Counted from the first letter of the stretch, positions 36,379-45,102 are shown. The stretch is 50,762 nt of DNA from a virus (IMGVR_UViG_3300023104_000006:1-50762), one strand, 5' to 3'. Notes: generated from the sequence alone by a model not told the origin. Numbers and translations: made by a program.

Positions 36379-36767
36379 GTTTCGGCAATGGCGATCATCT
36401 GGCGGGTTTCAATTCCGGTCTTATACTTTGCCTTATTATGGGTATCTAAATAATCTTGAATACTATCAAAAGATTCAAGATACTCCATTTCTTCATCTTG
36501 CCATTCCTGTTCATGAATGCGCCATTGTGCTTTAAAAACCAATTCGCTCGACTCATGGGTGCCGTTGGGTATTCCAAGGGTGGGATAGGTGTGTTGTTTG
36601 GCGAACTTGTCGAAGTCGTTATGTTCCCAATCATTTAAGCCAAAGAATGTACCATTTTCGGCACGTCCGTCAAGTTGGTGCGGATTTTTCGGCCTCGCCT
36701 CGCCGTTTATAACTTCCCATTGGCTGGGATGGATGCTGGCAGGGATTTCTTTATTTATATTCTTCAT
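36171..36767 (-). CDS. Hypothetical mosaic early protein
   Basis: 198-aa ORF with a QATPPA linker. Confidence 0.6.
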   Translation of the reverse strand: MKNINKEIPASIHPSQWEVINGEARPKNPHQLDGRAENGTFFGLNDWEHNDFDKFAKQHTYPTLGIPNGTHESSELVFKAQWRIHEQEWQDEEMEYLESFDSIQDYLDTHNKAKYKTGIETRQMIAIAETQATPPALSTTDTMSEEIIITDSERDPVKVNFDYEDNTTTIVQYGFVLNLSEHQAVKLANLIMNNYYAR

Positions 36768-37083
36768 CGAAATAATTGTTTAAATGTTCATCACACGGTT
36801 TACAAACTAAATACCCGTGTCCATTGTAATCGGTTATGGCTTCACGACGTTTACACTCATGGCATATAACCTCATGGTTCATCATAGAACAATACCACTC
36901 TGCTTTTTCTTTGTTCACGGTTTCGGACTTCATCCAATCGCCAACGAATTGCCATGCTAACATATCGTTGTTCCATATACCGAAATATAATTCGCCCTTT
37001 GGTCGGACTTCGAATTTGACTGGCGTTTCATCTTTCTTCATAACAAAACTATTTTGCGTGTATTCTTTGGTGATGGGGATCAT
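36751..37083 (-). CDS. Hypothetical zinc-finger protein
   Basis: CHEC...CKPC motif. Confidence 0.6.
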   Translation of the reverse strand: MIPITKEYTQNSFVMKKDETPVKFEVRPKGELYFGIWNNDMLAWQFVGDWMKSETVNKEKAEWYCSMMNHEVICHECKRREAITDYNGHGYLVCKPCDEHLNNYFDEEYK

Positions 37084-37235
37084 AATTTACTTTTGGCTAT
37101 TTGATGATGAACTACAATTAATAATACTGAGATTATAATCGAGTCTATTATTAAAATTAATCCGCCTATTCCAAAAAACCTGTTCAGTATTAGGATAACA
37201 AATATGGCGGTAAGATTTCGTATGCTGGCACTCAT
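37080..37235 (-). CDS. Small membrane peptide (51 aa), not in ORF track
   Basis: MSASIRNLTAIFVILILNRFFGIGGLILIIDSIIISVLLIVVHHQIAKSKL; ATGA-coupled. Confidence 0.45.
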   Translation of the reverse strand: MSASIRNLTAIFVILILNRFFGIGGLILIIDSIIISVLLIVVHHQIAKSKL

Positions 37236-37240
37236 CTCCC

Positions 37241-37516
37241 CTATCCCTCCTTTATATCATTTTTCAATTCGGACAGGATGGCGGCGGGGTCAAGTGTGGC
37301 AATGCTCATCTGGGCATGCCCTGAGGTTTTGGTTAAGCACTTCTTCAAAGCCAATTCAATACCGGCTATGGTTTGGGCGTCTTTTACAATGTTGGCCCAT
37401 TCGTCCATGCAAGCTATAACATCGTTACCCGTTATCATTACAGACTCAGGACTACTTGTATCAAAAAGTAAGCACGAAGGGATGTGCTTGTCCATTATTT
37501 CCTCTTTTGTGGCCAT
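37241..37516 (-). CDS. Hypothetical protein
   Basis: ORF in the leftward operon. Confidence 0.55.
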   Translation of the reverse strand: MATKEEIMDKHIPSCLLFDTSSPESVMITGNDVIACMDEWANIVKDAQTIAGIELALKKCLTKTSGHAQMSIATLDPAAILSELKNDIKEG

Positions 37517-37518
37517 AA

Positions 37519-37749
37519 TTACTTTGCTAAAAGTTTACTAACCTTGCCGCCCTCGATAAGTTCTGATAGTGGCTTATTTAATGCCTGAACTAAATAATTA
37601 ATAAAGTTCAGTTCGGTTAACCTTTCGCCATCGCTATCAAGATACTTATTCATTGTAGCCTGTTTAACATTTAAGATCACGCATCCTTGCACAAATATGC
37701 CAGGGTTACTTTTAATTGTTTTTTTTGTTTCGTTGCTTAATAGTATCAT
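37519..37749 (-). CDS. Possible HTH regulator at the divergence point
   Basis: CVILNVKQATMNKYL HTH-like segment; first leftward gene; start re-assigned to MILLSNE. Confidence 0.5.
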   Translation of the reverse strand: MILLSNETKKTIKSNPGIFVQGCVILNVKQATMNKYLDSDGERLTELNFINYLVQALNKPLSELIEGGKVSKLLAK

Positions 37750-37922
37750 GTATTTCTTTTTAATTGACACCTCAAAGTAACGGATAATAAATATTATATG
37801 CAAATAAAAATGTAAATAATTATTATCACATATAAAATCAGATAGTGAAAATAAAAATAAAAATAAATTTGCGCGTCCCATTTCTTATACCGTTATTTGT
37901 TCCAACAAAAAGAAAAGAAAAT

Positions 37923-38012
37923 ATGAAAACAATATTAATCAACACAGCCGCTTACTCATTAAGCGCACTTGCAGGAGTAGGTTTTATTTTAGCAATTATT
38001 AACTCTTTATAG
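37923..38012 (+). CDS. 29-aa hydrophobic peptide
   Basis: MKTILINTAAYSLSALAGVGFILAIINSL; very A-rich start region; first rightward gene. Confidence 0.5.
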   Translation: MKTILINTAAYSLSALAGVGFILAIINSL

Positions 38013-38014
38013 AT

Positions 38015-38278
38015 ATGAAAAGCGATAACTTACAAATCCACCGCATTACAAAATCAGGCAACAAGTTCGAAGTAGACTTTACAGTATTTGATGGCGAGTC
38101 ACAATCAGATTGCACCATGCCGGTTACTCTTAAAACCTTAGTAGCGCATGCACAAGACAACGCTATGAATGTTTGGAACGATGGGGAGGCGCAAATTACT
38201 GACGACCTGCTTACTTACGTAGGCGACAACTACGAGTTGGTTATTGAGGATTTATTATTGAGTACTGTAGTAGCGTAA
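38015..38278 (+). CDS. Hypothetical acidic protein
   Basis: ORF with good start context. Confidence 0.6.
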   Translation: MKSDNLQIHRITKSGNKFEVDFTVFDGESQSDCTMPVTLKTLVAHAQDNAMNVWNDGEAQITDDLLTYVGDNYELVIEDLLLSTVVA

Positions 38279-38282
38279 TAAC

Positions 38283-38462
38283 ATGAAAAACAAACAAAAA
38301 ATCCGATTAACAAAAGATAACGAAACCGAACCTGATTACGGAGTTACTTTAAAATGTATTTATTGCGACATGTACCATGCGGTAAGTGGGCAATGGGCCG
38401 ATTTTAATGAGGTAGATAATACGAACTTCGTATGTCATGATTGCCAATACTTATGCGATTAA
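38283..38462 (+). CDS. Small zinc-finger protein (59 aa), not in ORF track
   Basis: CIYC...CHDC; fills the gap in the operon. Confidence 0.55.
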   Translation: MKNKQKIRLTKDNETEPDYGVTLKCIYCDMYHAVSGQWADFNEVDNTNFVCHDCQYLCD

Positions 38463-38486
38463 CTAACCCCCTTAACTGATTGAAAT

Positions 38487-38672
38487 ATGAAAACGGAATA
38501 CAAGAACTTAACAACAGCAGTATTTTTATCTGCTTTATTAATTTATCTATTAGGGTCTTTTGCATCTGCTGACTTTAATATTCAGCACTGGAGTGAATTA
38601 GCAAGATGGGTTATAGCATGTATTATGCTATGTGTTATAGTTATTATAATTGGTGCAACAATCAATCCTTAA
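38487..38672 (+). CDS. Two-TM membrane peptide
   Basis: Two hydrophobic helices around FNIQHWSELAR. Confidence 0.6.
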   Translation: MKTEYKNLTTAVFLSALLIYLLGSFASADFNIQHWSELARWVIACIMLCVIVIIIGATINP

Positions 38673-38825
38673 AGAACATGCCCCGAACCCAACAACTAAA
38701 CACCATGTATGACAGGGCATTCGAATTAGGATGCTTACTGGATGGCGCAATCGGTTTTAAATACCTCGGCATCGCAGCCCGAATAAGCTGCTGGTTAATT
38801 GAAAATTCACATAGATAAATAGAAT

Positions 38826-39173
38826 ATGAAAACACAAATTAAAAAACTATCAAACACACCAAAGGCGTATCAATATACAGCCGAAGATGTATGCAAAATT
38901 ATGAACTTATTTATCGAAGCTAATTATGGCGAAAAGGCGGGTAAATTTGAAAGTAGTTTTATAAATATTTCAAGCGATGGCAATTTAGAGGTTAGTGGAT
39001 TTGCTAATCCTAAATTAAGCAGAGGTGTATTTGCGTTGCTATTTACACTTGACACAGAATGTGATGATAATATCATTTACACAAATCTTAGCAGGAATTT
39101 AAAAATTATCCTCCATGATAAAAAAACATGGAATGACGCTTATATAGAAGTTTACAAAGCTTTATACGCTTAA
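38826..39173 (+). CDS. Hypothetical protein
   Basis: ORF in the rightward early arm. Confidence 0.55.
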   Translation: MKTQIKKLSNTPKAYQYTAEDVCKIMNLFIEANYGEKAGKFESSFINISSDGNLEVSGFANPKLSRGVFALLFTLDTECDDNIIYTNLSRNLKIILHDKKTWNDAYIEVYKALYA

Positions 39174-39175
39174 CC

Positions 39176-39448
39176 ATGAACAACCAAACACAACAATACA
39201 TCGATTACATTAAAAACCACTTTGATATGGAAGAAAGGAAAAGGCAACTCGAGCCACTAAAAGTTGATCTGATTGACTTTAGCAATCGTAATCATCACGG
39301 ATACTTAATTAGTGATAGTGCAGAGCATCAGGACGTGAACAGCGGTATTAGGACGGCTATTATTGCCGTGACAATCCTTTTGTTAGTTGCCATCGCCTGG
39401 TATTACTCACCGGCTATTAATTATGTGCTTCAGGGGGGCCGGCCATGA
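39176..39448 (+). CDS. Hypothetical protein with C-terminal TM helix
   Basis: TAIIAVTILLLVAIAWYY. Confidence 0.55.
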   Translation: MNNQTQQYIDYIKNHFDMEERKRQLEPLKVDLIDFSNRNHHGYLISDSAEHQDVNSGIRTAIIAVTILLLVAIAWYYSPAINYVLQGGRP

Positions 39449-39714
39449 AAACTAAAAACTACCCTTGGGTACTAAGGTTAAGTATCTCAATTCGAAAAGA
39501 CTGGTTTTCTTATTGGTGGAAAACAAGAGGTTCAAATTACCTTGAAATGCAGATTTGGATTTTCAGAATAAATATCGGCATGCCGTGGTTGCCTTATGTA
39601 CTTGAAGGTAAAATTAGAGATTATGGTAGCCTTGATGATGCAAGACGGACTAATGATAGCTTCATTAAAAATGGGATAGGTGTATTGATAGGAAAATACC
39701 CTGACTCCCTATAA
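39445..39714 (+). CDS. Hypothetical protein
   Basis: ATGA-coupled ORF. Confidence 0.5.
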   Translation: MKTKNYPWVLRLSISIRKDWFSYWWKTRGSNYLEMQIWIFRINIGMPWLPYVLEGKIRDYGSLDDARRTNDSFIKNGIGVLIGKYPDSL

Positions 39715-39725
39715 CCAAATCCACA

Positions 39726-39875
39726 CCCATTATAACTTTTTATCATGACAAACGCGGTGTATTTAGCCGTATATTTACAGTCAGAGTTAAGACGCTGCCA
39801 CGTCACATAATTAACTTAAAAACATTGGCCTTTGATGGCGGTTGGCAGACCGTTGTTGGGGGCTTTCTTATTTTT
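39726..39875 (+). promoter_or_regulatory. Operator, promoter and kissing-loop leader
   Basis: Operator 39726-39749; TATATTTA 39770-39777; loop CTGCCA complementary to loop TGGCAG of a 15-bp hairpin followed by a U-rich tract. Confidence 0.65.
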
Positions 39876-40154
39876 ATGGAAAGAGAAAATTTCACACTCG
39901 AAACAGAAGAGGCACAAGAAATCGTATCACGCGATCACCGCGGATATGAAGTAGTATCAGAAGAAACAACTGGCAATAGCCGTTGGAGTATCCACAGAAA
40001 GATTATTGTAAAAAGGATATCTGATGGTTTATTCTTTGAAAGTAATTACTCAGAGGGTGCTACTGAAATGCAAGATGAGGCACCTTATGAATATGGGGAT
40101 GCTGATTTTAACCAAGTGTTTCCAGTTGAAAAAACAGTAATAGTGTACGAATAA
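39876..40154 (+). CDS. Conserved small acidic phage protein
   Basis: SRWSIH...IVKR..DG.FF...YSEGATEMQDE pattern; start re-assigned to ATG 39876. Confidence 0.7.
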   Translation: MERENFTLETEEAQEIVSRDHRGYEVVSEETTGNSRWSIHRKIIVKRISDGLFFESNYSEGATEMQDEAPYEYGDADFNQVFPVEKTVIVYE

Positions 40155-40224
40155 TTCACAAGCCTTGCTTTAAGTGGATTAGTTGACGCTGCCGCTTATT
40201 GTGAGGCTTTTAACGTAGGAAAAT

Positions 40225-40428
40225 ATGATAACACAACAGCAAGCAGAAAACATGGTTCATGAATCTTTATTGACTGATTATACCGAACAAGAAATTAAAC
40301 AAATGCCATATAGGGTCACAGTAAACAACTACGAGGTTATAGTAACTGGCGATACTTCCACAGGTAAACGTTGGACTGATAGGTATAAGATAGAAATGAT
40401 GCCTCAGCTAATATTAATAGGCCACTAA
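40225..40428 (+). CDS. Hypothetical protein
   Basis: ORF in the rightward arm. Confidence 0.5.
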   Translation: MITQQQAENMVHESLLTDYTEQEIKQMPYRVTVNNYEVIVTGDTSTGKRWTDRYKIEMMPQLILIGH

Positions 40429-40475
40429 AGCCCGCTTTGTCGCCTAACCCACACAAAAATTAACTTAAAATAGAT

Positions 40476-41150
40476 ATGTCAAACACAACAGTTGCCACTA
40501 CCAAAGACAAGCCAGCAACCATTCAGGCACTATATAAAAATCCTGAATTACAACTTGACCGCGATAAATTAATCACATTCCTTAATCAAGATCCACCAGT
40601 TGCATGGGTAAAAGAACACCCTTATATAAAAGGTCATAAGTACTTACCTATAGAAAAGGTTGAGTTTATGTTAAAGCGTTTCTTCAAGGACTATAAAATT
40701 AAAGTCAAAGACTACAAGCAAGTTCTAAACGCCATTACATGTAGCGTTCGTGTAAAGTACCGTGACCCTGTAACTGAAAAAATGACTTGGCACGATGGGG
40801 TAGGGGGATGTGAACTGCAGACTGTAAAAGATAGCGGTAACTTAAAATTAGATGCCAGTAACATAAGCAAAGGAGCTGTTCCAATGGCTTTAGGTATCGC
40901 TAAGACAATTGCAGTTAAAGATGCATGCGATCACATCGGAAATATCTTTGGTGCCAATCTTAACCGTAAGGATGTACTTCCGGTTAAAGCAGATGATAAC
41001 CTTAACGCTATTGTTGAAACTAAAGAGCATCAGCGTATGGTAAAACTTATTGCCGCCGCAAAAGACAGGCAAACTCTTGAATCATTACGTGACCATTTAA
41101 CAGAATTATTAACACCAATATTTGAGAAAAGATGGAACGAATTAAGTTAA
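40476..41150 (+). CDS. Single-strand annealing recombinase (Rad52/Sak-like)
   Basis: KYLPIEKVE, WHDGVG and AVKDACDHIGNIFGANLNR; precedes exonuclease and SSB. Confidence 0.65.
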   Translation: MSNTTVATTKDKPATIQALYKNPELQLDRDKLITFLNQDPPVAWVKEHPYIKGHKYLPIEKVEFMLKRFFKDYKIKVKDYKQVLNAITCSVRVKYRDPVTEKMTWHDGVGGCELQTVKDSGNLKLDASNISKGAVPMALGIAKTIAVKDACDHIGNIFGANLNRKDVLPVKADDNLNAIVETKEHQRMVKLIAAAKDRQTLESLRDHLTELLTPIFEKRWNELS

Positions 41151-42013
41151 CACCTCAAGAAATTGCAGCGCGGTTTAAAATTCGATGTTCGGCCATTCTT
41201 GATATTTGCGCTGGTGAAATTGGATTGACTGAAAAGCAACAGTTAAAATATGATACCCTTATTCAGCGAGCAAAAGATTTCAAGAATGGTGTCGCGAAGG
41301 TTAAAGACCTTACTGATATAATGAAATCGGAACTTTCTGAACTGCAATTCAAGAAAGATAATCCCGAATTGCCGGAGGGTGCGAAAACTTATTGCAAAAA
41401 ATGGCTTAAAGAGTTTTTATACAAACGCCGCGCTGAAATTAAAAGCAAGTATCTTGATAAAGGCAACCAGTGTGAGGAAGATGGTTTTACGCTTATGTGC
41501 CTGGAACTTAATTTAGGTATGGTTTATAAGAATACTGAATATTTTGAAAACGAATATATTTGTGGCACGCCAGATTTATTTGTACGCAAGATTGTCTACG
41601 ACAATAAATGTTCTTATTCACTCGATACATTTCCAATGTTCGAAACTGAAAATCCTAAGCCTGAATATGAGTGGCAATTAAACGGATATGCGGAACTTTT
41701 AAAGACTGATGATGCAGTATTAGCGTACACTTTAATTGATGCGCCTAATGATATTATATCGCGCGAGGTTAAGTGGTTAATAGACCCGAATGATATTTAC
41801 AATAAGCTTTGTGATCTTATTTACACAAAAGACAATTTTGTCAAAGCTGTTTCAGAATATTGCCCGGATTCAACCGCCGATCACTTCATTGAAATTCCGC
41901 AAGAAGAAAGAATTGTAAAGTTTGAATTTAAAAAAGACCAGTCTAAAATTAACAAAGTAAACGAACGTGTGCCAATGTGCCGCGAATATATTATTTCACT
42001 TTTAACTAAATAA
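41132..42013 (+). CDS. YqaJ/lambda-exonuclease-like PD-(D/E)xK nuclease
   Basis: KGNQCE, GTPDL...DNKCSYS and YEWQLNGY. Confidence 0.8.
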   Translation: MERIKLTPQEIAARFKIRCSAILDICAGEIGLTEKQQLKYDTLIQRAKDFKNGVAKVKDLTDIMKSELSELQFKKDNPELPEGAKTYCKKWLKEFLYKRRAEIKSKYLDKGNQCEEDGFTLMCLELNLGMVYKNTEYFENEYICGTPDLFVRKIVYDNKCSYSLDTFPMFETENPKPEYEWQLNGYAELLKTDDAVLAYTLIDAPNDIISREVKWLIDPNDIYNKLCDLIYTKDNFVKAVSEYCPDSTADHFIEIPQEERIVKFEFKKDQSKINKVNERVPMCREYIISLLTK

Positions 42014-42015
42014 CA

Positions 42016-42312
42016 ATGGGAAAACCACTACAGGGGAGCATAGACTTCACCGTTTTAATGGACGCTGCAAAAGCAGCTCACACCGCTTTTAGCAGGTCTG
42101 AAAAGAATCAACATGTTTACGGTAATGTAACATTGTGGTTTAATGATGAACCGGATAAATTCGGCAATACTGTTTCAATTCAGCTTAATCCTAAAAAAGA
42201 TACTCAGGATAAAAAATTATACTTTGGTAACTTTAAGGGTGATATTGAAAAGCAAAAAACAGGGGATGCAAATGTAACTCAACTACCTGATGACTCAGAT
42301 TTGCCATTTTAA
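42016..42312 (+). CDS. Single-stranded DNA-binding protein-like
   Basis: Acidic C-terminal DDSDLPF tail; synteny with recombinase and exonuclease. Confidence 0.65.
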   Translation: MGKPLQGSIDFTVLMDAAKAAHTAFSRSEKNQHVYGNVTLWFNDEPDKFGNTVSIQLNPKKDTQDKKLYFGNFKGDIEKQKTGDANVTQLPDDSDLPF

Positions 42313-42445
42313 TCATGAGGTTTGGACTGTAAGTGACTCCTGCCCTCACACATGGGACTTCAGGATTCACGGTCAAGACTGCCCGTATTGCAAACAAAAT
42401 TAATAACTCCCCCGGCTGATTGGGCTGGGGGTAAAAAGGAAAGAA

Positions 42446-42811
42446 ATGGAACAGAAACCCATAAGAATACAAAGAAAGCGAACTAAAGGATGGAAAATGC
42501 CCGAAAATACAGTTTCGGTAACAAGGCCTGGCAAATATGGAAACCCGTTTAAAGTGGGTAGATATTACAAAGTTTTCGCGAATGGATGGTTTTCTCCATG
42601 CCATCCTAAAAGCATAGAAGAGGCTTTGATTGATCCAAGTTATACTTTAATTAATTCAAATGAAGATGCGGTAATAATGTATAAAAAATATCTATCTGTT
42701 TTAGAAACCAAACCTGATTTTAGTGAATTAAGAGGTAAGAATTTGGCATGTTTTTGCGCTCTTCAAAACGCGTGCCATGCTGACGTGCTATTGGAGGTGG
42801 CTAATTCATGA
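42446..42811 (+). CDS. DUF4326-like protein
   Basis: PIRIQRKRTKGWKMP, RPGKYGNPF, LRGKNLACFC and CHADVL. Confidence 0.8.
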   Translation: MEQKPIRIQRKRTKGWKMPENTVSVTRPGKYGNPFKVGRYYKVFANGWFSPCHPKSIEEALIDPSYTLINSNEDAVIMYKKYLSVLETKPDFSELRGKNLACFCALQNACHADVLLEVANS

Positions 42812-42946
42812 CCACTCTACACACCCTAACCCGCGAATACATCGCCGCCGTTAAAGCGTTCGATAAGTCGGCAACACGTGACCGACGAGCCAAGATGCTC
42901 ATGTGCCTGGCTAAACTGGAGAAAGAATTGGATAAGGAGGGGAAAG

Positions 42947-43633
42947 ATGGTAAGTGAGGTAACGAACGAGGACAACATGGCCATGATGAGCCGGTATCCT
43001 AATAAGTTTTTTGACTTGGCAATAGTTGATCCGCCTTATGGCATCGACTTTGGAAAGTTCAATCGCACCAACACTGACTCAACAGGCGTTAAAGTAAAAG
43101 CCAATAAATACAAACAGGCTGATTGGGATACCGGAATTCCCAATCAGGAGTATTTTGATGAGTTAATGAGAGTAAGTAAAAACCAAGTTATATGGGGTGG
43201 TAATTATTTTCCTTTACCGCCAACACAATGCTTCATATTTTGGTATAAACAAAATCCAGTTGCTAACTTTAGCGATGGTGAGTTAGCATGGACTTCATTT
43301 AAGAAACCGGCGTTATGTTTTGATTATCGATACTATGGCAATTTAAGTGGCAATACTTCAGCAGAGGCAAAACATCACCCTACACAGAAGCCAATTGCTT
43401 TATATGATTTCGTGTTAAAGAAGCTTGGAAAGCCAGGACAATCAATACTTGACACCCACCTCGGCTCAGGTTCATCACGTATAGCCGCCTATGATTTAGG
43501 ATTTGATTTTTATGGATGTGAGCTTGACCCGGATTATTACAACGCCCAAGAAAAACGTTTCGCCACCCACATAGCTCAACAAAAACTATTCGCACCACAA
43601 CAACAGATATGCACACAAACCAGCCTACTGTAG
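42947..43633 (+). CDS. DNA amino-methyltransferase (N6A/N4C, beta class)
   Basis: DPPY, HPTQKP and LDTHLGSGS; start re-assigned to ATG 42947. Confidence 0.92.
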   Translation: MVSEVTNEDNMAMMSRYPNKFFDLAIVDPPYGIDFGKFNRTNTDSTGVKVKANKYKQADWDTGIPNQEYFDELMRVSKNQVIWGGNYFPLPPTQCFIFWYKQNPVANFSDGELAWTSFKKPALCFDYRYYGNLSGNTSAEAKHHPTQKPIALYDFVLKKLGKPGQSILDTHLGSGSSRIAAYDLGFDFYGCELDPDYYNAQEKRFATHIAQQKLFAPQQQICTQTSLL

Positions 43634-43753
43634 ATTTTTTAACCCGCGACCTCACCCTCCAACAGGCCAAAGAGAAACGCCTGCAGGAAGAACTAACCGA
43701 ATGCCAAAACACCATCGCCAGCCACCAGGCGGTTATTAAATTGATTGAAGAAA

Positions 43754-43999
43754 ATGAGCTATCAACTAATAAATAATCCATACCTGGATAGACCGGCGAA
43801 GCCAAATATAATATATAAGAAAGCGAATAGATTACCAAGGGCTAAGCAAGCAATACCAGAACTTATTGAATGGCCTAAATGCCCACAGGCATACATGAAT
43901 GTTAACAACTTCAAAGACATGCCTTTATCAAATCCTGATTATGAATGCGATAAGCCTGATTGCTTGTATTGCTATTGCATGCGTGAAGGTGTAAAATAA
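43754..43999 (+). CDS. Hypothetical Cys-containing protein
   Basis: CDKPDCLYCYC; followed by a terminator. Confidence 0.5.
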   Translation: MSYQLINNPYLDRPAKPNIIYKKANRLPRAKQAIPELIEWPKCPQAYMNVNNFKDMPLSNPDYECDKPDCLYCYCMREGVK

Positions 44000-44006
44000 T
44001 TTCCAC

Positions 44007-44034
44007 AAGCCGGTTGAAATATATCGGCTTTTTT
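44007..44034 (+). terminator. Rho-independent terminator
   Basis: AAGCCGGT...ATCGGCTT plus T-run. Confidence 0.75.
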
Positions 44035-44071
44035 GTATTGTTTATTAACTTTAATATATGTATATTTGAAT

Positions 44072-44239
44072 ATGGAAGGTAAAAACCTTAAATTAATCCT
44101 TAAAGAACGTGGTGTAAAGCAAACATGGGTTGCTGATAAACTAAAAGTTAACAAAGCCCAGGTAAACCAATGGGTTAACGGTGTATATCCTATACCGGAT
44201 AAATACAAGATTGAGCTTAAAACTTTATTAAGCGTTTAA
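44072..44239 (+). CDS. Cro/XRE-family HTH regulator
   Basis: LKERGVKQTWVADKLKVNKAQVNQWVNG; ATG 3 nt after TATATTTG. Confidence 0.85.
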   Translation: MEGKNLKLILKERGVKQTWVADKLKVNKAQVNQWVNGVYPIPDKYKIELKTLLSV

Positions 44240-44274
44240 TCTTATTGCTAATAACTTTTAACAAAAGTAAATAA

Positions 44275-44637
44275 ATGGGAGAATTACTTAACGAAAGACT
44301 AAAGAAATATAACCGTTTTGCATTTGAACTTACGAATTGGAATCAGGCACCGGACTGTGCTGGTGTCTATTTTATAGTAGATGAATTAGACGACCAATGT
44401 TTGATTCAGTATATAGGAAGTAGCAAGTGCTTAATTGATAGAATTAGAAATCATGAAATTATCAGGTCAATTAAAAAGAAAGGACATTTTTACTTTACTA
44501 AGATATATATCGTGCCAATGAACCTAAAAGACTACCGACCTGCTGAGGCTTTTTTCATTCAAGAATTTAAACCATCACTTAATAAAAACAAACCAGATTA
44601 TCATTCTTGTTTAAGAAGGGAACATGAAAATGTCTAA
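44275..44637 (+). CDS. GIY-YIG nuclease domain protein
   Basis: AGVYFI...QYIGSS...RIRNH...E.FFI....PSLN. Confidence 0.75.
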   Translation: MGELLNERLKKYNRFAFELTNWNQAPDCAGVYFIVDELDDQCLIQYIGSSKCLIDRIRNHEIIRSIKKKGHFYFTKIYIVPMNLKDYRPAEAFFIQEFKPSLNKNKPDYHSCLRREHENV

Positions 44638-45100
44638 AGATACTTTTTACTTCAGCCATGACTACAATGCTAGACACGATCCTAAAATAAAAAAACTGAT
44701 TATAAAGCACAGTTTTGCTGGTTTGGGTATGTATTGGTACATAATTGAAATGCTTTATGAGCAGAACGGTTATTTGCTTATATCAGATTGCGAAGGCATT
44801 GCATACGATATGCGAACGAAATGCGACCGCATAATGAGCGTAATAAATGATTTCGGATTATTTAAAAAAGATGATGAGAAATTTTGGTCTGAGAGTGTGC
44901 TTAGACGTTTAGACTTACGGAAAGAGAAATCCGAAAAGGCATCAAAATCAGCACGTTACAGATGGAATAATGCGAACGCACAGCAATCGCAATCCGGTGG
45001 CAATGCTATAAAGGAAAATAAAATAAATAATAAGCCTAAAACCGCTGCTCCTAACGGGCAGCTATCGGATAGGAAGAACAACCTTAACCCCCACTTTTAG
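44630..45100 (+). CDS. Replication initiator-like protein (DUF4373/Lin1244-type)
   Basis: YFSHDYNARHDPKI...GLGMYWYIIEMLYE; precedes helicase; internal 11-bp repeats. Confidence 0.75.
   Translation: MSKDTFYFSHDYNARHDPKIKKLIIKHSFAGLGMYWYIIEMLYEQNGYLLISDCEGIAYDMRTKCDRIMSVINDFGLFKKDDEKFWSESVLRRLDLRKEKSEKASKSARYRWNNANAQQSQSGGNAIKENKINNKPKTAAPNGQLSDRKNNLNPHF
44788..45035 (+). repeat. Degenerate 11-bp tandem iteron-like repeats plus AT-rich tract (putative origin)
   Basis: ttgcgaaggca/ttgcatacgat/atgcgaacgaa/atgcgaccgca (44788-44831); atgcgaacgca/cagcaatcgca/atccggtggca (44970-45002). Confidence 0.55.
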
Positions 45101-45102
45101 CC

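Noticed and set aside
39825-39875. Track start of ORF 39825..40154 (MAFDGGWQTVVGG)
   Set aside because: This stretch is the leader hairpin; the ATG at 39876 after the U-tract is the more plausible start.
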